Positions 1 to 11,488 of a stretch of 64,000 nucleotides of DNA are shown piece after piece (within the stretch, counting starts at the first letter, position 1; every line of letters starts with the position of its first letter). Under the pieces are notes generated by a model. It was not told the DNA's origin. It searched no databases and worked only from the letters and a program-made list of their open reading frames with translations. Made by a program: the position numbers and the translations under genes. Source of the DNA: a virus; the IMG/VR virus record IMGVR_UViG_3300027759_000048. The stretch is one strand, 5' to 3'.

Positions 1-2
1 GT

Positions 3-1139
3 TCTAAACTAGTTCTTTCATCTAACGGAACAATTCAGACAACAGATATTCTAAAGGGTGTTACATCATTAGCTAACTCTTCCGTATCTGCTATCAACGG
101 TTCAACATATTCAATGTCTAACACTGGATATACTGTTGGTGAAACAATCAACGTCTTTGCTGCTAACAATGTCTATCGTGGCATTTCAGCAAACGTTACC
201 TCTGTTTCATACGGTCGTGGTGTTCTAAACTACTATGTTGATGGTCCGACAACAAACTCAGCCATCACATACAGCATAGCACAGCTAACAAACTCTGATG
301 GTAACTTCTCAGCTAATGACTATATCTTTAGTGTCGCCGCACCAGATTACAACGGTGTAATTGGTCAGATAAGAAACTACAGATATTCCGCAATCTCATT
401 TGAGCCTGCGACAATGAACTTCAAAGATACCGATCTAAAGTTTGCTATGCGTTCTTACTCAAATACAAGTGTAGAAGGTTCTTATGTTTCCGTTCAACCA
501 TCAGAAACATATTACTACGATGCCGAGCAAGCACTACACTCAAAGAGCAATGAAACATCGGCTCTAGGCGGTGCTCGTTCTAATCAAGTTAGAGCAACAT
601 TCCTAACTGGTAAGATTGGCGTTTCTCCTGTTCTTGATATGGGCAGAACACATTCAATCTACCTAGATAACATTATTAGTGCTAACTCTGGTGGCGAAAC
701 TGCTGCCTCTGGTGGTGAGCTAATAAATAGATACATCTCCAAGACTGTAACTCTAGCAGAGGGACAAGACGCAGAGGACATTCAAGTTGTTCTAACTGCT
801 TATCGTCCACCTAATACAGACGTTAAAGTTTGGATCAAGATACTTCATCGTGAAGACTCAACATTGTTTGATAACGCACCATGGATTGAAATGTCAAGAT
901 CATCAGCCGATGAGTATTCTTCACTAGCAAACAGAAACGACTACAAAGAATACACATATGGATTTGCTACAGCTAACTTGACAGGTCCTAATGGCGAAGT
1001 TCGATATACTAATGCTGCTGGTATCACATTCACTGGCTACAAGTATTTCGCTATCAAGATTGGTCTTGTCAATACACTAAACAATACCGCTGTCTATCCA
1101 CGTGTTGGTGATTTGAGAACAATCGCACTACAGATATAA
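3..1139 (+). CDS. Large baseplate/virion structural protein, C-terminal part (5' truncated by window edge)
   Basis: Frame is open from position 3 through the track ORF 114..1139. The C-terminus YISKTVTL...F.IKI.L...YPRVGDLRTIAL resembles T4-like VrlC/DUF4815-type structural proteins. Confidence 0.75.
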   Translation, partial: SKLVLSSNGTIQTTDILKGVTSLANSSVSAINGSTYSMSNTGYTVGETINVFAANNVYRGISANVTSVSYGRGVLNYYVDGPTTNSAITYSIAQLTNSDGNFSANDYIFSVAAPDYNGVIGQIRNYRYSAISFEPATMNFKDTDLKFAMRSYSNTSVEGSYVSVQPSETYYYDAEQALHSKSNETSALGGARSNQVRATFLTGKIGVSPVLDMGRTHSIYLDNIISANSGGETAASGGELINRYISKTVTLAEGQDAEDIQVVLTAYRPPNTDVKVWIKILHREDSTLFDNAPWIEMSRSSADEYSSLANRNDYKEYTYGFATANLTGPNGEVRYTNAAGITFTGYKYFAIKIGLVNTLNNTAVYPRVGDLRTIALQI

Positions 1140-1147
1140 GGTGATGA

Positions 1148-1939
1148 ATGGAAATTGAATTTGATCTACAGAATGATTTTAGAGAAATACACGAATACGA
1201 TTTTGGCAATGGACCAGTACCAGCACACCAACACCCACGTGGAGGTGGCTGGGTAGCAAACACAGCAAAGGTAGATGATACCTGCTTTGTTGGTCCATAT
1301 GCCAGAGTTTTTGAGAATGCCTTTGTTACTGATGCTGCTATCATCAACGATGGTGCTAGTGTATTTGGAAATGCTTCTGTAACCAATCGTGCCAAAGTCT
1401 ATGGTGATGCTATGATATTTGATCACGCATCTATTAGAGACAACGCTAGAGTAAGTGGTTTCAGTAAAGTGTTTGGTAACGCTAGAGTTATGGATAACGC
1501 ACAAGTCTATGAAAATGCGGAAATCTATGATAATGCTATTATTTGTAACAATGCTGAGGTGTATGATAATAGCAAAGTTTATCGCAATGGAATAGTATAT
1601 GAATGTATCAAGCTATACGGTCATACTATTGTAACGAAGAAACCGCTTTTAGGATTAGGCTTTGATTATCCTGTGACCCTCACTGATCATCACGTATTGC
1701 TTGGCTGTACCGTTGTTCCGCCAACCATACTAAAGAAGCTCGGTAGACGAATTATTACAATGGTTGGTTACGATAAAGAGCAAGCAGAGTTGTGGCTAAG
1801 TATAGTTGATAAGTTGATAGAGGTTCACGGCTGTACCGATATCGAATCGGAATTGACACCTGAGACAGAAAGAAACGTTATTCTCAATCTCATAACAGAA
1901 AGAAATGCAGGAAGTGACAGAGACATTAGGACCCGATAG
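1148..1939 (+). CDS. Hexapeptide-repeat (left-handed beta-helix) protein
   Basis: Tandem A-x-V/I-x-G/D-N hexapeptides (ARVFEN, ASVFGN, AKVYGD, ARVMDN, AEIYDN); SD AAGGTG upstream. Confidence 0.75.
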   Translation: MEIEFDLQNDFREIHEYDFGNGPVPAHQHPRGGGWVANTAKVDDTCFVGPYARVFENAFVTDAAIINDGASVFGNASVTNRAKVYGDAMIFDHASIRDNARVSGFSKVFGNARVMDNAQVYENAEIYDNAIICNNAEVYDNSKVYRNGIVYECIKLYGHTIVTKKPLLGLGFDYPVTLTDHHVLLGCTVVPPTILKKLGRRIITMVGYDKEQAELWLSIVDKLIEVHGCTDIESELTPETERNVILNLITERNAGSDRDIRTR

Positions 1940-2132
1940 AAGAACCGACAAGCCAGGTATCTATAGAACCGCTGAGGGATTTCTTATAAATAAGGATAAT
2001 GAAGCATTAGCCGCTTATAAGAAACGTAAAAGAAGAGAACAAGCGGTTGACAGAATACAAAATCAAATTGACGAGTTACGAACCGATATCAACGAGATCA
2101 AAGACTTACTAAAAGGACTAGCGAGAAGATAA
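1905..2132 (+). CDS. Small coiled-coil hypothetical protein
   Basis: 75-aa ORF with LINKD...AYK..K and a C-terminal heptad. Similar small genes follow baseplate genes in T4-like phages. Confidence 0.6.
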   Translation: MQEVTETLGPDRRTDKPGIYRTAEGFLINKDNEALAAYKKRKRREQAVDRIQNQIDELRTDINEIKDLLKGLARR

Positions 2133-2133
2133 A

Positions 2134-2976
2134 ATGGCAATAGCAAACGTCGCACTCACAGATACATTTGATTACTGGCGAACAACAACTAACCAGATAA
2201 TTACTGTTCTTAATGGTAAGCTAGTTTATTGTAACACCACTAATGCCAATACCGTATCTATTCCTACAAGTATCTCTGGATCAAGTAATCTATACGTCAA
2301 TATCATTACATCAACCTCATTGAATGATTCCGCAACAGCAAATGTTGCTTCCGCATTTACAGCTAACACATTACAAGGACTTGCTATTTCATATGCTGCG
2401 GCAGCTAATAGCAATGCTCAATTCTCTGTTACCGCTGCTAACAACTATGCTTCCATTCTAGCTGCTAACAATGCTGTCGGCGCTAACGCATGGGCAAACA
2501 CTCTAGCATTCTCTACAGGTGTAACAGCAACAGGTTGGGCTAATAACGTTGGAGCCGCTGGTAACAGCTATACAAATTACGTTGGAACATCAGCTAACAG
2601 CTTTGCTAATATCACATATGCTCCTAAGATCAGTCCTACATTCACAGGAACAGTCACAATCAATGCCAATATTGCTAATCAAATATTGACAGATGGTGCT
2701 ACAATCAACTGGGACACATCTCTCGGTTCAGTTGCTACAGTCACACTTGGTGGCAATAGAGCAATCGCTGCCCCAACAAATCTAAAGATCGGTTCATACA
2801 TTCTTCATATTATACAAGATGGCTCTGGTAACAGAACCGTTACATGGAATTCAGTATTCAAGTGGCCTGCTGGTGTTGCGCCAGTATTGACTACAACTGC
2901 TAATCGTCGTGATCTATTCTCATTCGTCTGTGATGGAACAAATCTATACGGTTCTTATCTACCTGACGTGAGGTAA
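2134..2976 (+). CDS. Tail fibre protein with C-terminal adhesin-docking domain
   Basis: N-terminal TDTFDYWRTTTN motif, Asn/Ala stalk, C-terminal domain ...IQDGSGNRTVTW..FKWPAGVAP.LTT.. Confidence 0.7.
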   Translation: MAIANVALTDTFDYWRTTTNQIITVLNGKLVYCNTTNANTVSIPTSISGSSNLYVNIITSTSLNDSATANVASAFTANTLQGLAISYAAAANSNAQFSVTAANNYASILAANNAVGANAWANTLAFSTGVTATGWANNVGAAGNSYTNYVGTSANSFANITYAPKISPTFTGTVTINANIANQILTDGATINWDTSLGSVATVTLGGNRAIAAPTNLKIGSYILHIIQDGSGNRTVTWNSVFKWPAGVAPVLTTTANRRDLFSFVCDGTNLYGSYLPDVR

Positions 2977-2979
2977 TTA

Positions 2980-4104
<1,125 letters not shown>

Positions 4105-4114
4105 GAGGAAAGAA

Positions 4115-4642
4115 ATGAACATTCATTACCGAATAATCAAGGTTGATCCAGCGGCACATGGAATAGTCGTTCGTTACTTTACCGACAAAGTAACTGAAAC
4201 CGATCTTGCTAATTCACTCAATCCCGACGGATCAGTGATACTAAACGCTGATGGATATCCAGTATCTACAAGAACAGATGTTATGATGAGTATTTTTGAT
4301 ACACCTGCTCCAAGCAACGAGGAAATTGAAAAGCGCATTTTGATGAATGCTCCTGTCGATTGGTTGAAGTTGCAGGAAGATATCAAAGATCCTGGTGTTG
4401 ATACTAAGATGATGGATATTAGAAATCTAACAGGTGAAAGTAAATCAGTCACCTTGGATGAATTGAAAGAAATGAGACAGATTATTGTCAAACAAGAAAG
4501 AGATGAGCGTAGCGTCGAGAATGCATATGCTACTGTCACTAATCTGTTGGATTCATTGAAAGTCATAGCTGCTGAAGATCCTCATTCTATAAAAGGATTC
4601 TATGATACTTTAGAAGAGATTAAAAAGATCGCCGAAAGCTAA
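4115..4642 (+). CDS. Hypothetical protein (possible fibre assembly partner)
   Basis: 175-aa ORF with SD GAGGA, directly after the adhesin gene. Confidence 0.6.
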   Translation: MNIHYRIIKVDPAAHGIVVRYFTDKVTETDLANSLNPDGSVILNADGYPVSTRTDVMMSIFDTPAPSNEEIEKRILMNAPVDWLKLQEDIKDPGVDTKMMDIRNLTGESKSVTLDELKEMRQIIVKQERDERSVENAYATVTNLLDSLKVIAAEDPHSIKGFYDTLEEIKKIAES

Positions 4643-4699
4643 TACCTATTCTTTCTGGGAGTGATAAACATATAGTCATTGGGTCCTAGGACAGATAAA

Positions 4700-4707
4700 T
4701 ATAAATA
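4700..4707 (+). promoter_or_regulatory. T4-type late promoter TATAAATA
   Basis: Exact gp55 -10 box upstream of the giant-fibre operon. Confidence 0.75.
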
Positions 4708-4732
4708 GTAGGAACTATAAGAAAGAGACCCA

Positions 4733-5074
4733 ATGGCAGAATATGTAGAACTTTACATAGATCAAGGAAGCGACTTTTCTACCACAGTCAATCTAAATGA
4801 TGATAACACAAATCTTCCTCAAAACGTCTATGGTTATGTAGTAACCAGTTCCCTTAGAAGATCATTGCTGTCACCTAATACGTCAGCAAATCTTACCTGC
4901 ACTGTCTATGACGCATCAAACGGTGAATTTCTTATCACAATGACTGCTGGTCAAACGGCTAACCTACGATCAGGTTCATATCTTTTTGATGTAAAAGTTC
5001 GTGATACACTATCATCGACAACATCTAGATTAATTGAAGGTGTGATATTTGTAGCACCCTCTATTACCAGGTAG
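4733..5074 (+). CDS. Conserved fibre-attachment/baseplate-associated small protein
   Basis: IDQGSDF...GSYLFDV..RLIEG.I.V.PSITR pattern; late promoter at 4700. Confidence 0.65.
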   Translation: MAEYVELYIDQGSDFSTTVNLNDDNTNLPQNVYGYVVTSSLRRSLLSPNTSANLTCTVYDASNGEFLITMTAGQTANLRSGSYLFDVKVRDTLSSTTSRLIEGVIFVAPSITR

Positions 5075-5077
5075 CGC

Positions 5078-8000
5078 ATGTCAATCAAGATCACAACCGG
5101 CGGTGGTGACAAGCTAAATGTCACAACCACACCTAAGAATAGAATTACATTAACAACTGGCGGTGGCGGCTCAATGGCCGGTGCGGCTCTTATCACTGAT
5201 CTTCCTCCAATTTGGTACCATGCCAACGGTGCTGCTAACGTAGCAAACTATGCCTACGCTTCATCTAATTCTAATTGGGTTGTTCAAAATCTAATCTATA
5301 GCACAGTTAATGTCAGCTATACAATGGGCAATGCTGCCTATGTTTGCTTGAATGCTGCTTATGGTACTGTCAATGCTGTCTATGCTTCATCTAATTCCAA
5401 TTGGCAAGTTCAAAATGTAGTTTACTCTACTGTAAATGCTAACTACGTTATGGCTAATGCGAGTTATGTTGCGCTCAACACGGCATATGATACCGTCAAC
5501 GCCGTATATGCTTCAGGAAACTCTAACTGGGTTGTCCAGAATGCTCTTTATACATTAGCTAATACCATCTATGACTCTTCTGTTTCTAACTGGACAGTTC
5601 AGAATGCAATATATTCAACAGCAAATGCTGCCTATGTTATGGGTAATGCAGCGTATGCCACGATTAATGCTAACTACGCTTCATCTAATTCTAATTGGGT
5701 CGTTCAAAACGCATTATATTCTACCACCAATTCTAACTATGTTATGGGCAATGCCGCATATGCTACTATCAATGCGGTGTATGCTTCATCAAACTCAAAC
5801 TGGACAGTCCAGAACGCAGTATTTGGATTAGCAAACACAATATACGCATCATCCAACTCCAATTGGACTGTGCAGAATGCTCTATTCACACTAGCAAACA
5901 CAATCTATGCTTCATCTAATTCAAACTGGACAGTCCAGAACTTAGTATATGCCACAGTCAATGCCAACTATGTCATGGCAAATGCTGGCTATACCACACT
6001 AAATGCTGCTTATGACACAGTTAATGCCGTTTACGCATCATCTAACTCTAATTGGACAGTTCAAAACCTAGTTTATGCTACCGTAAATGCTAATTATGTT
6101 ATGGGTAATGCTTCTTACGAGGCACTAAATGCTGCTTATGATACAGTTAATGCCACTTATGCTTCTAGCAACTCTAACTGGGTCGTTCAAAACGCTCTTT
6201 ACGATCTAACAAATACTGTTTATGCTTCATCTAATTCCAATTGGGTTGTCCAAAATGCTGTTTATGACCTTACCAATACCATTTACGCATCATCTAACTC
6301 TAACTGGGTTGTTCAAAATCTAGTTTACGCTACAGTCAATGCTGCTTATACACTAGCCAATGCTGCTTATTCTAATGCTAACTCACTAGCAATTGCTGCT
6401 AATGCTTGGTCCAATCATGTTGGTCTATCTGCCAATAGCTATGCTGGCTTTATGGCCAATAGCTCTAACATCTATACCGAAGCAACCTATGTAAAACTAA
6501 TCGCACCGTCACAATTGATTGATGGCGACATTGGTATCACTGGTAATCTTACAATCTCAGGTGCTGTAACATACGCCAATACAAGACAGCTACAAGTCGG
6601 CGATAATATCATCACATTGAATGCTGATTTGCCAATGGATGTGATGGCAATTGATAATGCTGGTCTTGAAGTCAATAGAGGCAATCACAACTCTAATGCC
6701 GCTCTATTGTGGATGGAAGTTGATGGTAAGTGGGCAATCACAGGTAACGTTTCACAAACAATCAATACCTTCATATCATCAAACACTGATCTCGGTAAAG
6801 TATTAGATACAGTCAACGCTAATTATGCCTCTGCCAATTCTAACTGGACTGTCCAGAACTTAGTATATGCCACAGTAAACGCAAACTACGTTATGTCTAA
6901 TGCTGCTTATGTAGCATTGAACTCAGCCTATGATACAGTCAACGCCAATTACGCATCATCAAATTCAAACTGGGTTGTTCAAAATCTAGTATATGCTACT
7001 GTTAATGCTTCATACGTTATGGGTAATGCTTCTTATGAGGCACTTAATGCTGCTTACGGAACAGTCAATGCTGTATATGCTTCATCTAATTCCAACTGGA
7101 CAGTTCAAAATCTAGTATATGCTACTGTTAATGCCAACTATGTCATGGCAAACGCAGGATACAATACACTCAATGCTGCCTACGATACTGTCAATGTCAC
7201 TTATGCTTCTGCCAATTCAAACTGGCAGGTACAGAATGCTATCTACGATTTAACTAACACAGTTTACGCATCAAGCAACTCTAATTGGGTTGTCCAGAAT
7301 GCTGTCTATGATTTAGCTAATACAATCTACGCTTCTAGCAATTCCAACTGGACAGTTCAGAACCTAGTTTACGCTACTGTAAATGCCAACTATGTTATGG
7401 CAAATGCCAACTATGATCTAACGAATGCTGCTTACGCTTCTGGTAATTCCAACTGGCAAGTTCAAAATGCTCTATACGATCTTACCAATACTGTATATGC
7501 TTCTTCCAACTCTAACTGGGTTGTCCAGAATGCTATCTACGATTTAACAAATACAGTTTACGCTTCGTCTAATTCCAATTGGACTGTTCAGAATCTCGTA
7601 TATGCGACAGTAAATGCTTCTTACACACTAGCGAATGCTGCTTATGCTAATGCTAATGCTGTGTCTATTGGAGCAAACACATGGGCTAATACAGTCGGTT
7701 TATCAGCCAATAGCTATGCTGGCTTTATGGTCAATAGCTCCAATTCATATGCTGATGCAACATATCTAAAACTAACATCACCGTCACAGACAATCACTGG
7801 TGATCTGTCTATCACTGGTAACGTTTTCTTACTTGGCAATGCAACATCTATTGCTGCTAACAACGTTGTTATCAACGATCCAGTAATCTATCTTGCTGCT
7901 AACAATGATCAAGGCGATGTTTTAGATATTGGTTTTATTGGTAACTATAGCAACGGAACAGCAAATCTTCATACTGGTCTTTATAGAGATCATGCTAATA

Positions 8001-11000
8001 AGCAGTATTACCTCTTTGTTGAACATGCCGGTCCAGATCCATCAACAACAAACGAACTTATTCCATATGCAAATGGAATGATCAATGCGGTTCTCAACAC
8101 TGATCTAATCACAAGCAACATCTATCTTGGCGGCGCTAACGCTATTCATACAATTACTGGCGCCTTTGATAAAGCAAATGCTGCTTATAACAATGCTAAT
8201 GTTGGATTTGCTGCGGCTAATGCTTACTCAAATGCTACTGGTACTGCTGGTAACAACTATGCCTCTATTCTAGCAGCAAACAACGCAGTTGGAGCTAACA
8301 ACTGGGCTAATACAGTCGGTATTGCTGGTAATAACTACACCGATCACGTCGGTCTATCTGTCAATATCTATACATCAATACTAGCTGCCAATAATGCTGT
8401 CGGTGCTAATGCTTGGGCAAATACAGTAGGAACTGCTGGAAACAACTACACAGACCACGTTACTCTTTCTGGTAATACCTACGCTTCTATACTAGCTGCT
8501 AACAATGCTATTGGTGCTAACAACTGGGCTAACACTGTAGGCACAGCAGGTAATAATTATACTAACTATGTCGGCGCTTCAGCTAACAGCTATGCTACTG
8601 CGACATACGCTACACTATCAAACGTAGCACAGGTATACCAGACAACAAACATTTCGTTTGATACTGCTAACGCTGCTTATGCCGCTGCTAACAATGTGGC
8701 TCCACAGGTTACACCATCATACAATACTGCTAACAATGCTTATCTAACAGCAAACGCAGCATTTGGTCATTCCAATCTTACCTATGATGCTGTCAATTCT
8801 GTATTCACTGTAGCCAACGCTGCTTATAACAGTGCTAATGTGGGTCTTGCTTCAGCTAATGCTTGGACAAACACAGTTGGAGCATCTGCTAATTCTTATG
8901 CTCTTACTACAGCAACCAATATTGGAACTGCTGGTAATAACTATACTAACTATGTTGGCGCATCTGCTAACGCATTCGCTGATGCCACATACTATAAGAA
9001 GACTGGTGGATTGATCTCTGGTGATGTAGGTATCACTGGTAATCTAACAATCTCTGGCACAACAACATATGCTAACACTCAGCAACTACAGATTGGGGAT
9101 AATATCCTTACTCTTAATGCTGATTTACCAATGTCAGTTATGCCAATTGACAATGCTGGTCTTGAAGTCAATCGTGGTAATCTAAGTTCCAATGCTGCTT
9201 TACTCTGGATTGAAACCGCTGGACAGTGGAGTATTTCAGGTAATATAGCACAAACAGTTACCACATACATTGCTTCCAATACACTAGTTGAACAATATGC
9301 CTCTGCTGGTAATGCTTATACACAGCAAGTAGGAGCCGCTGGTAATAACTATACTAACTATGTTGGTGCTTCTGTCAATGCTTATGCTACCGCTACCTAT
9401 GCGACACAATCAAATGTTGCTATCATATACAACACATCTAACGTAGCATTTGATACAGCTAACGCCGCTTATGCTTCTGCCAATAACGTAGCACCTCAAG
9501 TAGAGCCAGCTTTTAGAACTGCTAACAATGCTTATCTAACTGCTAATGCTGCCTTTGCTAAAGCAAACGTTGGTGGAGCTAATGTTGCTTCTACACCGCC
9601 AACAAGTCCTACAAATGGACAGCTATGGTGGGATACTGTTACTGGTAGATTGTTTATCTATTATAATGATGGTAATACCTCACAGTGGGTAGAAACAACA
9701 CCTACACCAGAAATTGATACTGGATATTATCATCTAACAAATGTAGCATTCAATACTGTAAATGTTGCTTATGCTTCTATCAATTCCAATTGGACAGTAA
9801 CAAACACTGTTTATGATGTTGCCAATGCCGCATTTGCTTCAGCTAACAATGTTGCTCCTCAGATTCACCCAAGTTATACAACAGCAAATCTAGCATTCTT
9901 TAATAGTAATGCGGCATTCAGACACGCCAACGCAGCATTTGATTCAGCTAACAATGTAGCGCCGCAAGTAACACCTAGCTATAACACAGCTAACAATGCT
10001 TACAATACTGCCAATGCAGCTTTTGATAAAGCAAACAATGCTCTTGCTAATACAACTGGTGTTACATTTGCCGGCAATCTAAAGTTCTCTGGTTCAGCAA
10101 CCGCTAACAATGGATTCTTTTCATTACACGATTACAGAGGTTCATTCTCTGATGGTATCGTAGTTGATTATGTAAACGGTAGAGGTCGTATCAGTGTCGG
10201 TGCTAACGATGCTATGACATTCTACAATGGTGGTGTTGGAACTATACCAATTCTAACATTGTCACAGTATGGCTTCATTGGAATTGGTAATACAAATCCA
10301 ACTTATCCAGTTACCATATCTGGAAACGGCGCACCGATAACCACACTTGCTGGTGCCATCTTCAGTGCAGAGAGTTCAGAAAACGGACCAGTTCAGCTAA
10401 ACATTCGCAATGCTGGCACAAGTCCTGCATCATCTGGTGACCTTGTTGTTACCGCTGATGATGGTAATGATGTCAGCAACTTTATCAATTTTGGTATCAA
10501 CGGTTCTAACTATGCACAACCTGGTTGGACAATCAATGGTGCAAGAGACGGTTATCTCTATACATCAAATAGCAATCTAGCAATTGGTACTGCTAACTCA
10601 ACTGCTCTTAAATCACTATCATTCTTCGTCGGTGGCACACTTGCTGGTAATGAAGTATTACGCATTCAAGATAGTGCAAGCGGTGCCAATATCGGTGTCG
10701 GTAGAACTGATCCAAATTATAAACTTGATATTGTTGGAACAGTTAATGCTTCTAACATTCTCATCAATGGCGTTCCAATTGGCACAGCTTCGGTTAAGGT
10801 TCAGAACACCGCACCAATTCTTCCTGCTGGCGGTAATCTGTGGTGGGATAATGATTCAGGTAAACTTTATATCTACTACATTGATCAAGATTCGGCGCAA
10901 TGGGTTGAGGCTGCTCCAGAAGCACCTGGTATTGATCTTAGTATTCTAATACCAACTAATCAGTTGGCCAACGCAGCTTATAATACTGCTAATGCTGCCT

Positions 11001-11479
11001 TTGATAAAGCTAATAATAGTGGTGCTAATGTAGGACAAACTGCTCCTACTGTTGATCTCACAGTCGGTAAACTTTGGTGGAACTCTGACCTTGGTAAGAT
11101 GTTCGTTTACTATACTGATCCAGCGAATACAAGTTCATGGGTTGAAATATCACCTTCTGTATCATCAATTGAAGGCGCTATCGTTACAGGTTATATCAAT
11201 CCTGTTTATGATGTTGCTAATGCTGCTTTCGATGCTACTAACAATAAGGTACAAATCAGTAGTATTGCGCCTGTCAATCCAACAGCAGGAACATTGTGGT
11301 GGAATAAAGATTATGGTAGATTACTTGTTTACTATACAGATGTGGATTCATCTCAGTGGGTTGATACATCACCATCCTACGACACATCACCTATATATAA
11401 TACAGCGAACGCCGCATACGATAAAGCGAATAGTGGATCATCATTGTCACTTGCTTATGCTGTAGCACTTGGAATGTAA
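5078..11479 (+). CDS. Giant tail-fibre stalk/scaffold (2133 aa) with N-x-x-[YWF] heptad repeats and four LWW..G.L.[IV]YY..QWV 'socket' domains
   Basis: Dozens of consecutive heptads (NAAYDTV, NSNWTVQ...), duplicated beta modules, C-terminal AYAVALG motif. Confidence 0.8.
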   Translation: MSIKITTGGGDKLNVTTTPKNRITLTTGGGGSMAGAALITDLPPIWYHANGAANVANYAYASSNSNWVVQNLIYSTVNVSYTMGNAAYVCLNAAYGTVNAVYASSNSNWQVQNVVYSTVNANYVMANASYVALNTAYDTVNAVYASGNSNWVVQNALYTLANTIYDSSVSNWTVQNAIYSTANAAYVMGNAAYATINANYASSNSNWVVQNALYSTTNSNYVMGNAAYATINAVYASSNSNWTVQNAVFGLANTIYASSNSNWTVQNALFTLANTIYASSNSNWTVQNLVYATVNANYVMANAGYTTLNAAYDTVNAVYASSNSNWTVQNLVYATVNANYVMGNASYEALNAAYDTVNATYASSNSNWVVQNALYDLTNTVYASSNSNWVVQNAVYDLTNTIYASSNSNWVVQNLVYATVNAAYTLANAAYSNANSLAIAANAWSNHVGLSANSYAGFMANSSNIYTEATYVKLIAPSQLIDGDIGITGNLTISGAVTYANTRQLQVGDNIITLNADLPMDVMAIDNAGLEVNRGNHNSNAALLWMEVDGKWAITGNVSQTINTFISSNTDLGKVLDTVNANYASANSNWTVQNLVYATVNANYVMSNAAYVALNSAYDTVNANYASSNSNWVVQNLVYATVNASYVMGNASYEALNAAYGTVNAVYASSNSNWTVQNLVYATVNANYVMANAGYNTLNAAYDTVNVTYASANSNWQVQNAIYDLTNTVYASSNSNWVVQNAVYDLANTIYASSNSNWTVQNLVYATVNANYVMANANYDLTNAAYASGNSNWQVQNALYDLTNTVYASSNSNWVVQNAIYDLTNTVYASSNSNWTVQNLVYATVNASYTLANAAYANANAVSIGANTWANTVGLSANSYAGFMVNSSNSYADATYLKLTSPSQTITGDLSITGNVFLLGNATSIAANNVVINDPVIYLAANNDQGDVLDIGFIGNYSNGTANLHTGLYRDHANKQYYLFVEHAGPDPSTTNELIPYANGMINAVLNTDLITSNIYLGGANAIHTITGAFDKANAAYNNANVGFAAANAYSNATGTAGNNYASILAANNAVGANNWANTVGIAGNNYTDHVGLSVNIYTSILAANNAVGANAWANTVGTAGNNYTDHVTLSGNTYASILAANNAIGANNWANTVGTAGNNYTNYVGASANSYATATYATLSNVAQVYQTTNISFDTANAAYAAANNVAPQVTPSYNTANNAYLTANAAFGHSNLTYDAVNSVFTVANAAYNSANVGLASANAWTNTVGASANSYALTTATNIGTAGNNYTNYVGASANAFADATYYKKTGGLISGDVGITGNLTISGTTTYANTQQLQIGDNILTLNADLPMSVMPIDNAGLEVNRGNLSSNAALLWIETAGQWSISGNIAQTVTTYIASNTLVEQYASAGNAYTQQVGAAGNNYTNYVGASVNAYATATYATQSNVAIIYNTSNVAFDTANAAYASANNVAPQVEPAFRTANNAYLTANAAFAKANVGGANVASTPPTSPTNGQLWWDTVTGRLFIYYNDGNTSQWVETTPTPEIDTGYYHLTNVAFNTVNVAYASINSNWTVTNTVYDVANAAFASANNVAPQIHPSYTTANLAFFNSNAAFRHANAAFDSANNVAPQVTPSYNTANNAYNTANAAFDKANNALANTTGVTFAGNLKFSGSATANNGFFSLHDYRGSFSDGIVVDYVNGRGRISVGANDAMTFYNGGVGTIPILTLSQYGFIGIGNTNPTYPVTISGNGAPITTLAGAIFSAESSENGPVQLNIRNAGTSPASSGDLVVTADDGNDVSNFINFGINGSNYAQPGWTINGARDGYLYTSNSNLAIGTANSTALKSLSFFVGGTLAGNEVLRIQDSASGANIGVGRTDPNYKLDIVGTVNASNILINGVPIGTASVKVQNTAPILPAGGNLWWDNDSGKLYIYYIDQDSAQWVEAAPEAPGIDLSILIPTNQLANAAYNTANAAFDKANNSGANVGQTAPTVDLTVGKLWWNSDLGKMFVYYTDPANTSSWVEISPSVSSIEGAIVTGYINPVYDVANAAFDATNNKVQISSIAPVNPTAGTLWWNKDYGRLLVYYTDVDSSQWVDTSPSYDTSPIYNTANAAYDKANSGSSLSLAYAVALGM
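5240..7650 (+). repeat. Coding 21-nt (heptad) repeat array, in units of 3-6 heptads
   Basis: Recurrent gcttcatctaattc/ctaactgg...caaaat encoding YASSNSNW.VQN, interrupted once by a beta module at about 6480-6800. Confidence 0.8.
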
Positions 11480-11488
11480 GGAACCAAA

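Noticed and set aside
5240-7650. Regularly spaced DNA repeats resembling a CRISPR array
   Set aside because: The repeats are degenerate at third codon positions and lie inside one long ORF; there are no unique spacers or cas genes.
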